A stretch of 64,000 nt of DNA from the human T2T-CHM13v2.0 reference genome, Homo sapiens: the NCBI RefSeq assembly GCF_009914755.1, contig NC_060937.1; one strand, 5' to 3'. Position numbers and translations under genes: made by a program. Shown here piece after piece: positions 17,535 to 31,900 of this stretch. Each line of letters begins with the position of its first letter. Position 1 is the stretch's first letter. The notes under the pieces were generated by a model, which was not told the DNA's origin, searched no databases, and saw only the letters and a list, made by a program, of their open reading frames with translations.

Positions 17535-17783
17535 ACATAAAATATCAAAGTACCCAAATATATATCATATACTGTACATGAAATATCAAAGTTCACAAAC
17601 TATATATTATATACTGTACATAAAATATCAAAGTACCCAAATATATATCATATACTGTACATGAAATATCAAAGTTCACAAACTATATATTATATACTGT
17701 ACATAAAATATCAAAGTACCCAAATATATATCATATACTGTACATGAAATATCAAAGTTCACAAACTATATATTATATACTGT
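17535..17783 (+). repeat. Three tandem copies of an 83-bp dimer (41-bp I' + 42-bp A)
   Basis: ATGAAATATCAAAGTTCACA occurs at 17578, 17661 and 17744, each preceded by cccaaatatatatcatatactgtac. Confidence 0.9.
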
Positions 17784-20700
17784 ACATAAAATATCAAGGT
17801 ACCCACACTATACATTATATACTGTACATAAAATATGAAATTACATCAAATATATATTATATTAGGTATGTAAAATATGAAAGTACATCAAATATAGATT
17901 ATATACTGTACATAAAATACCAAAGTACCCCAAATATATATTTTATACTGTACATGAAATATCAAAGTTCTCAAACTATATATTATATAGTGCACATAAA
18001 ATATCAAAGTACCCAAGGTATATATTCCATACTGTACAAAAATTATCAAAGTACCCAAAGCATATATTATATGCTGTACATAAAATATGAAAGTACATCA
18101 AATATATATTTTATTCTGTACATAAAATATCAAAGTACACCCAATATATATTCTATACTGTACATAAAATATCAAGGTACCCAAACTATACATTATTTAC
18201 TGTACATAAAATATGAAATTACATCAAATATATATTACATTAGGTACATAAAATATGGAAGTACATCAAATATAGATTATATACTGTACATAAAATCTCA
18301 AAGTACCCAAATATATATCATATACTGTACATGAAATATCAAAGTTCAGAAACTATATATTATATACTGTACATAAAATATCAAAGTACCCAAACTATAC
18401 ATTATATACTGTACATAAAAGATGAAATTACATCAAATATATATTATATTAGGTATGTAAAATATGAAAGTACATCAAATATAGATTATATACTGTACAT
18501 AAAATACCAAAGTACCCCAAATATATATTTTATACTGTACATGAAATATCAAAGTTCTCAAACTATATATTATATACTGCACATAAAATATCAAAGTACC
18601 CAAGGTATATATTCCATACTGTACAAAAAATATCAAAGTACCCAAAGCATATATTATATGCTGTAAATAAAATATGAAAGTACATCAAATATATATTTTA
18701 TTCTGTACATAAAATATCAAAGTACACCAAATATATATTCTATACTGTACATAAAATATCAAGGTAACCAAACTATACATTATATACTGTACATAAGATA
18801 TGAAATTACATCAAATATATATTATATTAGGTACATAAAATATGAAAGTACATCAAATATAGATTATATACTGTACATAAAATATCAAAGTACCCAAATA
18901 TATATCATATACTGTACATGAAATATCAAAGTTCACAAACTATATATTATATACTGTACATAAAATATCAAAGTACCCAAACTATACATTATATACTGTA
19001 CATAAAATATGAAATTACATCAAATATATATTTTATTAGGTATGTAAAATATGAAAGTACATCAAATATAGATTATATACTGTACATAAAATACCAAAGA
19101 ACCCCAAATATATATTTTATACTGTACATGAAATATCAAAGTTCTCAAACTATATATTATATACTGCACATAAAATATCAAAGTACCCAAGGTATATATT
19201 CCATACTGTATAAAAAATATCAAAGTACCCAAAGCATATATTATATGCTGTACATAAAATATGAAAGTACATCAAATATATATTTTATTCTGTTCATAAA
19301 ATATCAAAGTACACCAAATATATATTCTATACTGTACATAAAATATCAAGGTACCCAAACTATACATTATATACTGTACATAAAATATGAAATTACATCA
19401 AATATATATTATATTAGGTACATAAAATATGAAAGTACATCAAATATAGATTATATACTGTACATAAAATATCAAAGTACCCAAATATATATCATATACT
19501 GTACATGAAATATCAAAGTTCACAAACTATATATTATATACTGTACATAAAATATCAAAGTACCCAAACTATACATTATATACTGTACATAAAATATGAA
19601 ATTACATCAAATATATATTTTATTAGGTATGTAAAATATGAAAGTACATCAAATATAGATTCTATACTGTACATAAAATACCAAAGTACCCCAAATATAT
19701 ATTTAATACTGTACATGAAATATCAAAGTTCTCAAACTGTATATTATATAGTGCACATAAAATATCAAAGTACCCAAGGTATATATTCCATACTGTACAA
19801 AAATTATCAAAGTACCCAAAGCATATATTATATGCTGTACAGAAAATATGAAAGTACATCAAATATATATTTTATTCTGTACATAAAATATCAAAGTACA
19901 CCCAATATATATTCTGTACTGTACATAAAATATCAAGGTACCCAAACTATACATTATATACTGTACATAAAATATGAAATTACATCAAATATATATTATA
20001 TTAGGTACATAAAATATGAAAGTACATCAAATATAGATTCTATACTGTACATAAAATATCAAAGTACCCAAATATATATCATATACTGTACATGAAATAT
20101 CAAATTTCACAAACTATATATTATATACTGTACATAAAATATCAAAGTACCCACACTATACATTATATACTGTACATAAAATATGAAATTACATCAAATA
20201 TATATTATATTAGGTATGTAAAATATGAAAGTACATCAAATATAGATTATATACTGTACATAAAATACCAAAGTACCCCAAATATATATTTTATACTCTA
20301 CATGAAATATCAAAGTTCTCAAACTATATATTATATACTGCACATAAAATATCAAAGTACCCAAGGTATATATTCCATACTGTACAAAAAATATCAAAGT
20401 ACCCAAAGCATATATTATATGCTGTACATAAAATATGAAAGTACATGAAATATATATTTTATTCTCTACATAAAATATCAAAGTACACCAAATATATATT
20501 CTATACTGTACATAAAATATCAAGGTACCCAAACTACACATTATATACTGTACATAAAATATGAAATTACATCAAATATATATTATATTAGGTACATAAA
20601 ATATGAAAGTACATCAAATATAGATTATATACTGTACATAAAATATCAAAGTACCCAAATATATACCATATACTGTACATGAAATATCAAAGTTCACAAA

Positions 20701-22940
20701 CTATATATTATATACTGTACATAAAATATCAAAGTACCCAAACTATAGATTATATACTGTACATAAAATATGAAATTACATCAAATATATATTTTAATCG
20801 GTATGTAAAATATGAAAGTTCATCAAATATAGATTATATACTGTACATAAAATACCAAACTACCCCAAATATATATTTTATACTGTACATGAAATATCAA
20901 AGTTCTCAAACTATATATTATATAGGGCACATAAAATATCAAAGTACCCAAGGTATATATTCCATACTGTACAAAAATTATCAAAGTACCCAAAGCATAT
21001 ATTATATGCTGTACATAAAATATGAAAGTACATCAAATATATATTTTATTCTGTACATAAAATATCAAAGTACACCAAATATATATTCTATACTGTACAT
21101 AAAATATCAAGGTACCCAAACTATACATTATATACTGTACATAAGATATGAAATTACATCAAATATATATTATATTAGGTACATAAAATATGAAAGTACA
21201 TCAAATATAGCTTATATACTCTACATAAAATATCAAAGTACCCAAATATATATCATATACTGTACATGAAATATCAAAGTTCACAAACTATATATTATAT
21301 ACTGTACATAAAATATCAAAGTACCCAAACTATACATTATATACTGTACATAAAAGATGAAATTACATCAAATATATATTATATTAGGTATGTAAAATAT
21401 GAAAGTACATCAAATATAGATTATATACTGTACATAAAATACCAAAGTACCCCAAATATATATTTTATACTGTACATGAAATATCAAAGTTCTCAAACTA
21501 TATATTATATACTGCACATAAAATATCAAAGTACCCAAGGTATATATTCCATACTGTACAAAAAATATCAAAGTACCCAAAGCATATATTATATGCTGTA
21601 CATAAAATATGAAAGTACATCAAATATATATTTTATTCTGTACATAAAATATCAAAGTACACCAAATCTATATTCTATACTGTACATAAAATATCAAGGT
21701 ACCCAAACTATACATTATATACTGTACATAAAATATGAAATTACATCAAATATATATTATATTAGGTACATAAAATATGAAAGTACATCAAATATAGATT
21801 ATATACTGTACATAAAATCTCAAAGTACCCAAATATATATCATATACTGTACATGAAATATCAAAGTTCACAAACTATATATTATATACTGTACATAAAA
21901 TATCAAAGTAAACAAACTATACATTATATACTGTACATAAAATATGAAATTACAACAAATATATATTTTATTAGGTATGTAAAATATGAAAGTACATCAA
22001 ATATAGATTATATACTGTACATAAAATACCAAAGTACCCCAAATATACATTTTATACTGTACATGAAATATCAAAGTTCTCAAACTATATATTATATACT
22101 GCACATAAAATATCAAAGTACCCAAGGTATATATTCCATACTGTACAAAAAATATCAAAGTACCCAAAGCATATATAATATGCTGTACATAAAATATGAA
22201 AGTACATGAAATATATATTATATTCTCTACATAAAATATCAAAGTACACCCAATATATATTCTATACTGTACATAAAATATCAAGGTACCCAAACTATAC
22301 ATTATATACTGTACATAAAATATGAAATTACATCAAATATATATTATATTAGGTACATATAATAAGAAAGTACATCAAATATAGATTATATACTGTACAT
22401 AAAATATCAAAGTACCCAAATATATATCATATACTGTACATGAAATATCAAAGTTCACAAACTATATATAGTATATACTGTACATAAAATATCAAAGTAC
22501 CCAAACTATACAATATATACTGTACATAAAATCTGAAATTACATCAAATATATATTATATTAGGTATGTAAAATATGAAAGTACATCAAATATAGATTAT
22601 ATACTGTACATAAAATACCGAAGTACGCCAAATATATATTCTATACTGTACATGAAATATCAAAGTTCTCAAACTATATATTATATAGTGCACATAAAAT
22701 ATCAAACTACCCAAGGTATATATTCCATACTGTACAAAAAATATCAAAGTACCCAAAGCATATATTATATGCTGTACATAAAATATGAAAGTACATCAAA
22801 TATATATTTTATTCTGTACATAAAATATCAAAGTACACCAAATATATATTCTATACTGTACATAAAATATCAAGGTACCCAAACTATACATTATATACTG
22901 TACATAATATATGAAATTACATCAAATATATATTATATTA

Positions 22941-25900
22941 GGTACATAAAATATGAAAGTACATGAAATATAGATTATATACTGTACATAAAATACCAAA
23001 TAACCCCAAATATATATTATATACTGTACATGAAATATCAAAGTCCACAAACTATATATTATATACTGTACATAAAATATCAAAGTACCCAAAGTATATA
23101 TTCTATACTGTACAAAAAATATCAAAGTACCCAAAACATGTATTATATACTGTTCATAACATATGAAAGTACATCAAATATATATTTAATTCTGTACATA
23201 AAATATCAAAGTACACCAAATATATATTCTATAGTGTACATAAAATATCAAAGTACCCAAACTATACATTATATACTGTACATAAAATATGAAATTACAT
23301 CAAATATATATTACATTAGGTACATAAAATATGAAAGTACGTCAAATATAGATTATATACTGTACATAAAATATCAAATTACCACAAATATATATTATAT
23401 ACTGTACATGAAATATCAAAGTTCACAAACTATATATTATATACTGTACATAAAATATCAAAGTACCCAAGGTATATATTCTATACTGTAGAAAAAATAT
23501 AAAAGTACCCAAAGCATGTATTATATACTGTACATAAAATATGAAAGTACATCAAATATATATTTTATTCTGTACATAAAATATCAAAGTACACCAAATA
23601 TATATTCTATAGTGTACATAAAATATCAAAATACCCAAACTATACATTATATACTGTACATAAAATATGAAATTACATCAAATATATATTATAATAGGTA
23701 CATAAAATATGAAAGTACATCAAATATAAATTATATACTGTACATAAAATACCAAAGAGCCCCAAATATATATTATATACTGTACATGAAATATCAAAGT
23801 TCACGAACTATATATTATATACTGTACATAAAATATCAAAGTACCCAAGGTATATATTCTATACTGTACAAAAAATATCATAGTACCCAAAGCATGTATT
23901 ATATACTGTTCATAACATATGAAATTACATCAAATATATATTTTATTCTGTACATAAAGTATCAGAGTACACCAAATATATATTCTATAGTGTACATAAA
24001 ATATCAAAGTACCCAAACAATACATTATATACTGTACATAAAATATGAAATTACATCAAATATATATTACATTAGGTTCATAAAATATGAAAGTACATCA
24101 AATATAGATTATATACTGTACATAAAATACCAAAGAACCCCAAATATATATTATATACTGTACATGAAATATCAAAGTTCACACACTATATATTATATAC
24201 TGTACATAAAATATCAAAGTACCCAAGGTATATATTCTATACTGTACAAAAAATATCAAAGTACCCAAAGCATGTATTATATACTGTTCATAAAATATGA
24301 AAGTACATCAAATATATATTTTATTCTGTACATAAAATATCAAAGTACACCAAATATATATTCTATAGTGTACATTAAATATCAAAGTACCCAAACTATA
24401 CATTATATACTGTACATAAAATATGAAATTACATCAAATATATATTATATTAGGTACATAAAATATGAAAGTACATCAAATATATATTATATACTGTACA
24501 TAAAATACCAAAGTACCCCAAATACATATTATATACTGTACATGAAATATCAAATTTCACAAACTATATATTTTATACTGTACATAAAATATCAAAGTAC
24601 CCAAGGTATATATTCTATAGTGTACAAAAAATATCAAAGTACCCAAAGCACGTATTATATACTGTACATAAAATATGAAAGTACATGAAATATTTATTTT
24701 ATTCTGTATATAAAATATCAAATTACACCAAATATATATACTATAGTGTACATAAAATATCAAAGTACCCAAACTATACATTATATACTGTACATAAAAT
24801 ATGAAATTACATCAAATATATATTATATTAGGTACATAAAATATGAAAGTACATGAAATATAGATTATATACTGTACATAAAATACCAAATAACCCCAAA
24901 TATATATTATATACTGTACATGAAATATCAAAGTTCACAAAGTATATATTATATACTGTACATAAAATATCAAAGTACCCAAGGTATATATTCTATACTG
25001 TACAAAAAATATCAAAGTACCCAAAGCATGTATTATATACGGTTCATAAAATATGAAAGTACATCAAATATATATTTTATTCTGTACATAAAATATCAAA
25101 GTACACCAAATATATATTCTATAGTGTACATAAAATATCAAATTACCCAAATTATACATTATATACTGTACATAAAATATGAAATTACATCAAATATATA
25201 TTATATTAGGTACATAAAATATGAAATTACATCAGATATAAATTATATGCTGTACATAAAATATCAAAGTACACCAAATATATATTATATACTGTACATG
25301 AAATATCAAAGTCCACAAACTACATATTATATACTGTGCATAAAATATCAAAGTACCCAAAGTATATATTCTATACTGTACAAAAAATATCAAAGTACCC
25401 AAAACATGTATTATATACTGTTCATAACATATGAAAGTACATCAAATATATATTTAATTCTGTACATAAAATATCAAAGTATACCAAATATATATTCTAT
25501 AGTGTACATAAAATATCAAAGTACCCAAACTATACATTATATACTGTACATAAAATATGAAATTACATCAAATATATATTACATTAGGTACACAAAATAT
25601 GAAAGTACGTCAAATATCGATTATATACTGTACATAAAAAATCAAATTACCCCAAATATATATTATATACTGTACATGAAATATCAAAGTTCACAAACTA
25701 TATATTATATACTGTACATAAAATATCAAAGTACCCAAGGTATATATTCTATACTGTAGAAAAAATATAAAAGTACCCAAAGCATGTATTATATACTGTA
25801 CATAAAATATGAAAGTACATCAAATATATATTTTATTCTGTACATAAAATATCAAAGTATACCAAATATATATTCTATAGTGTACATCAAATATCAAAGT

Positions 25901-28900
25901 ACCCAAACTATACATTATAAACTGTACATAAAATATGAAATTACATCAAATATATACTATATTATGTACATAATATATGAAAGTACATCAAATATAGATT
26001 ATATAATGTATGTAAAATACCAAAGTACCCCAAATAAATATTTTATACTGTACATGGAATATCAAAGTTCACAAACTATATATTATATACTGTACATAAA
26101 ATATCAAAGTACCGAAGGTATATATTCTATACTGTACAAAAAATATCAAAGTACCGAAAGCATGTATTATATACTGTCATAAAATATGAAAGTACATCAA
26201 ATATATATTTTATTCTGTACATAAAATATCAAAGTACACCAAATATATATTCTATAGTGTACATAAAATATGAAAGTACCCAAACTATACATTATATACT
26301 GTACATAAAATATGAAATTACATCAAATATATATTATATTAGGTACATAAAATATGAAAGTACATCAAATATAAATTATATACTGTACATAAAATACCAA
26401 AGTACCCCAAATATATATTATATACTGTACATGAAATATCAAAGTTCACAAACTATATATTATATACTGTACATAAAATATCAAAGTACCCAAGGTATAT
26501 ATTCTATTCTCTACAAAAAATATCAAAGTACCCAAAGCATGTATTATATACGGTACATGAAATATGAAAGTACATCAAATATATATTTAATTCTGTACAT
26601 AAAATATCAAAGTACACCAAATATATATTCTATAGTGTACATAAAATATCAAAGTAGCCAAACTATACATTATATACTGTACATAAAATATGAAATTACA
26701 TCAAATATATATTATATTATGTACATAAAATATGAAAGTACATCAAATATAGATTATATACTGTACATAAAATACCAAAGTACACCAAATATATATTTTA
26801 TACTGTACATGCAATATCAAAGTTCACAAACTATATATTATATACTGTACATAAAATATCAAAGTACCCAAGGTATATATTCTATACTGTACAAAAAATA
26901 TCAAAGTACCCAAAGCATGTATTATATACTGTTAATAAAATATGAAAGTACATAAAATATATATATTATTCTGTACATAAAATATCAAAGTACACCAATT
27001 ATATGTTCTATAGTGTACATAAAATATCAAATTACCCAAACTATACATTATATACTGTACATAAAATATGAAATTACATCAAATATATATTATATTAGGT
27101 ACATAAAATATGAAAGTACATCAAATATAAATTATATACTGTACATAAAATATCAAAGTACCTCAAATATATATTATATACTGTACATGAAATATCAAAG
27201 TTCACAAACTATATATTATATACAGTACATAAAATATCAAAGTACCCAAGGTATATATTCTATACTGTACAAAAAATATAAAAGTACCCAAAACATGTAG
27301 TATATACTGTACATAAATATGAAAGTACATCAAATATATATTTTATTCTGTACATAAAATATCAAAGTACACCAAATATATATTCTATAGTGTACATAAA
27401 ATATCAAAGTACCCAAACTATACATTATATACTGTACATAAAATATGAAATTACATCAAATATATATTACATTAGGTACATAAAATGTGAAAGTACATCA
27501 AATATAGATTATATACTGTACATAAAATATCAAAGTACCCCAAATATATATTATATACTGTACATGAAATATCAAAGTTCACAAACTATATATTATATAC
27601 TGTACATAAAATATCAAAGTACCCAAGGTATATATTCTATACTGTACAAAAAATATGAAAGTACCCAAAGCATGTATTATATACTGTACATAAAATATGA
27701 AAGTATATCAAATAAATATTTTATTCTGTACATAAAACATCAAAGTACACCAAATATATATTCTATAGTGTACATAAGATATCAAAGTACCCAAACTATA
27801 TATTATATACTGTACATAAAGTATGAAATTACATCAAATATATATTATATTAGGTACATAAAATATGAAAGTACATCAAATATAAATTATATACTGTACA
27901 TAAAATACCAAATACCCCAAATATATATTATATACTCTACATGAAATATCAAAGTTCACAAACTATATATTATATACTGTACATAAAATATCAAATTACC
28001 CAAGGTATATATTCTATACTCTACAAAAAATATCAAAGTACCCAAAGCATGTATTATATACGGTACATAAAATATGAAAGTACATCAAATATATATTTAA
28101 TTCTGTACATAAAATATCAAAGTACACCAAATATATATTCTATAGTGTACATAAAATATCAAAGTACCCAAACTATTCATTATATACTGTACATAAAATA
28201 TGAAATTACATCAAACATATATTATATTAGGTACATAAAATATGAAAGTACATCAAATATAGATTATATACTGTACATAAAATACCAAAGTACCCCAAAT
28301 ACATATTATATACTGTACATGAAATATCAAAGTTCACAAACTATATATTATATACTGTACATAATATATCAAAGTACCCAAGGTATATATTCTATACTGT
28401 ACAAAAAATATCAAAGTACCCAAAGCAAGTATTATATACTGTACATAAAATATGAAAGTACATCAAACATATATTTTATTCTGTACATAAAATATCAAAG
28501 TACACCAAATATATATTCTATAGTGCACATAAAATATCAAAGTACACAAAGTATACATTATATACTGTACATAAAATATGAAATTACATCAAATATATAT
28601 TACATTAGGTACATAAAATATGAAAGTACATCAAATATAGATTATATACTGTACATAAAATACCAAAGTACCCCAAATATATATTATATACTGTACATGC
28701 AATATCAAAGTTCACAAACTATATATCATATACTGTACAAAAAATATCAAAGTACCGAAGGTATATATTCTATACTGTACAAAAAATATGAAAGTACGCA
28801 AAGCAAGTATTATATACTGTACATAAAATATGAAAGTACATCAAATATATATTTTGTTCTATACATAAAATATCAAAGTAAACCAAATATATATTCTATA

Positions 28901-31900
28901 GTGTACATAACATATCAAAGTACCCAAACTATACATTATATACTGTACATAAAATATGAAATTACATCAAATATATATTATAATAGGTACATAAAATATG
29001 AAAGTACATCAAATATAAATTATATACTGTACATAAAATACAAAAGAACCCCAAATATATATTATACACTGTAAATGAAATATCAAAGTTCACAAACTAT
29101 ATATTATATACTGTATATAAAATATCAAAGTACCCAAGGTATATATTCTATACTGTACAAAAAATATCAAAGTACCCAAAGCATGTATTATATACTGTTC
29201 ATAAAATATGAAAGTACATCAAATATATATTTTATTCTGTACATAAAATATCAAAGTACACCAAATATATATCCTATAGTGTACATTAAATATCAAAGTA
29301 CACAAACTATACATTATATACTGTACATAAAATATGAAATTACATCAAATATATATTATATTAGGTACATAAGATATGAAAGTACATCAAATATAGATTA
29401 TATACTGTACATAAAATACCAAAGTACCCCAAATACATATTATATACTGTACATGAAATATCAAAGTTCACGAACTATATATTATATACTGTACATAAAA
29501 TATCAAAGTACCCAAGGTATATATTCTATACTGTACAAAAAATACCAAAGTACCCAAAGCATGTATTATATACTGTTAATAAAATATGAAAGTACATCAA
29601 ATATATATTTTATTCTGTACATAAAATATCAAAGTACACCAAATATATATTCTATAGTGTACATAAAATATCAAATTACCCAAACTATACATTATATACT
29701 GTACATAAAATATAAAATTACATCAAATATATATTATATTAGGTACATAAAATATGAAAGTACATCAAATATAAATTATATACTGTACATAAAATATCAA
29801 ACTACCACAAATATATATTATATACTGTACATGAAATATCAAAGTTCACAAACTATATATTATATACTGTACATAAAATATCAAAGTACCCAAGGTATAT
29901 ATTCTATACTGTACAAAAAATATCAAAGTACCCAAAGCATGTATTATATACTGTACATAAAATATGAAAGTACATCAAATATATATTTAATTCTGTACAT
30001 AAAATATCAAAGTACACCAAATATATATTCTATAGTGTACATAAAATATCAAAGTACCCAAACTATACATTATATACTGTACATAAAATATGAAATTACA
30101 TCAAATATATATTATATTAGGTACATAAAATATGAAAGTACATCAAATATAGATTATATACTGTACATAAAATACCAAAGAACCCCAAATATATATTATA
30201 TACTGTACATGAAATATCAAAGTTCACAAACTATATATTATATACTGTACATAAAATATCAAAGTACCCAAGGTATATATTCTATACTGTACAAAAAATA
30301 TCAAAGTACCCAAAGCATGTATTATATACTGTTAATAAAATATGAAAGTACATCAAATATATATTTTATTCTGTACATAAAATATCAAAGTACACCAAAT
30401 ATATATTCTACAGTGTACATAAAACATCAAATTACCCAAACTATGCATTATATACTGTACATAAACTATGAAACTACATCAAATATATATTATATTAGGT
30501 ACATAAAATATGAAAGTACATCAAATATAAATTATATACTGTACATAAAATATCAAAGTACCTCAAATATATATTATATACTGTACATGAAATATCAAAG
30601 TTCACAAACTATATATTATATACTGTACATAAAATATCAAAGTACCCAAGGTATATATTCTATACTGTACAAAAAATATAAAAGCACCCAAAACATGTAT
30701 TATATACTGTACATAAAATATGAAAGTACATCAAATATATATTTTATTCTGTACATAAAATATCAAAGTACACCAGATATATATTCTATAGTGTACATAA
30801 AATATCAAAGTACCCAAACTATACATTATATACTGTACATAAAATATGAAATTACATCAAATATATATTATATTAGGTACATAAAATATGAAAGTACATC
30901 AAATATAGATTATATACTGTACATAAAATATCAAGGTACGCCAAATATATATTATATACTGTACATGAAATATCAAAGTTCACAAACTATATATTATATA
31001 CTGTACATAAAATATCAAAGTACCCAAGGTATATAATCTATACTGTACAAAAAATATCAAAGTACCCAAAGCATGTATTATATACTGTACATAAAATATG
31101 AAAGTACATCAAATAAATATTTTATTCTGTACATAAAATATCAAAGTACACCACATATATATTCTATAGTGTACATAAAATATCAAAGTACCCAAACTAT
31201 ACATTATATACTGTACATAAAATGTGAAATTACATCAAATATATACTATATTATGTACATAAAATATGAAAGTACATCAAATATAGATTATATACTGTAC
31301 ATAACATACCAAAGTACCCCAAATAAATATTTTATACTCTACATGCAATATCAAAGTTCACAAACTATATATCATATACTGTACAAAAAATATCAAAGTA
31401 CCGAAGGTATATATTCTATACTGTACAAAAAATATCAAAGTACCCAAAGCATGTATTATATACTGTACATAAAATATGAAAGTACATCAAATATATATTT
31501 TATTCTGTACAAAAAATATCAAAGTACACCAAATATATATTCTATAGTGTACATAAAATATCAAAGTACCCAAACTATACATTATATACTGTACATAAAA
31601 TGTGAAATTACATCAAATATATACTATATTATGTACATAAAATATGAAAGTACATCAAATATAGATTATATAATGTATGTAAAATACCAAAGTACCCCAA
31701 ATAAATATTTTATACTGTACATGGAATATCAAAGTTCACAAACTATATATGATATACTGTACATAAAATATCAAAGTACCGAAGGTATATATTCTATACT
31801 GTACAAAAAATATCAAAGTACCCAAAGCGTGTATTATATACTGTCATAAAATATGAAAGTACATCAAATATATATTTTATTCTGTACATAAAATATCAAA

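Larger units (their letters stand above)
1..22940 (+). repeat. Domain 1: 587-bp 14-monomer higher-order repeat (AFGHI-ABCDEFGHI, last monomer 41 bp)
   Basis: Equivalent ATGs recur at 11121, 11708, 12295, 14056, 14643, 15230, 15817, 16404, 16991 and at 17744, 18331, 18918, 19505, 20092, 20679, 21266, 21853 (step 587 = 14x42-1). Diagnostic variants: gttctcaa, ctgcacat, ttccatac, tatgctgt, caaggtaccc, aggtatgtaa, cccaaatatatatcat. Confidence 0.93.
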
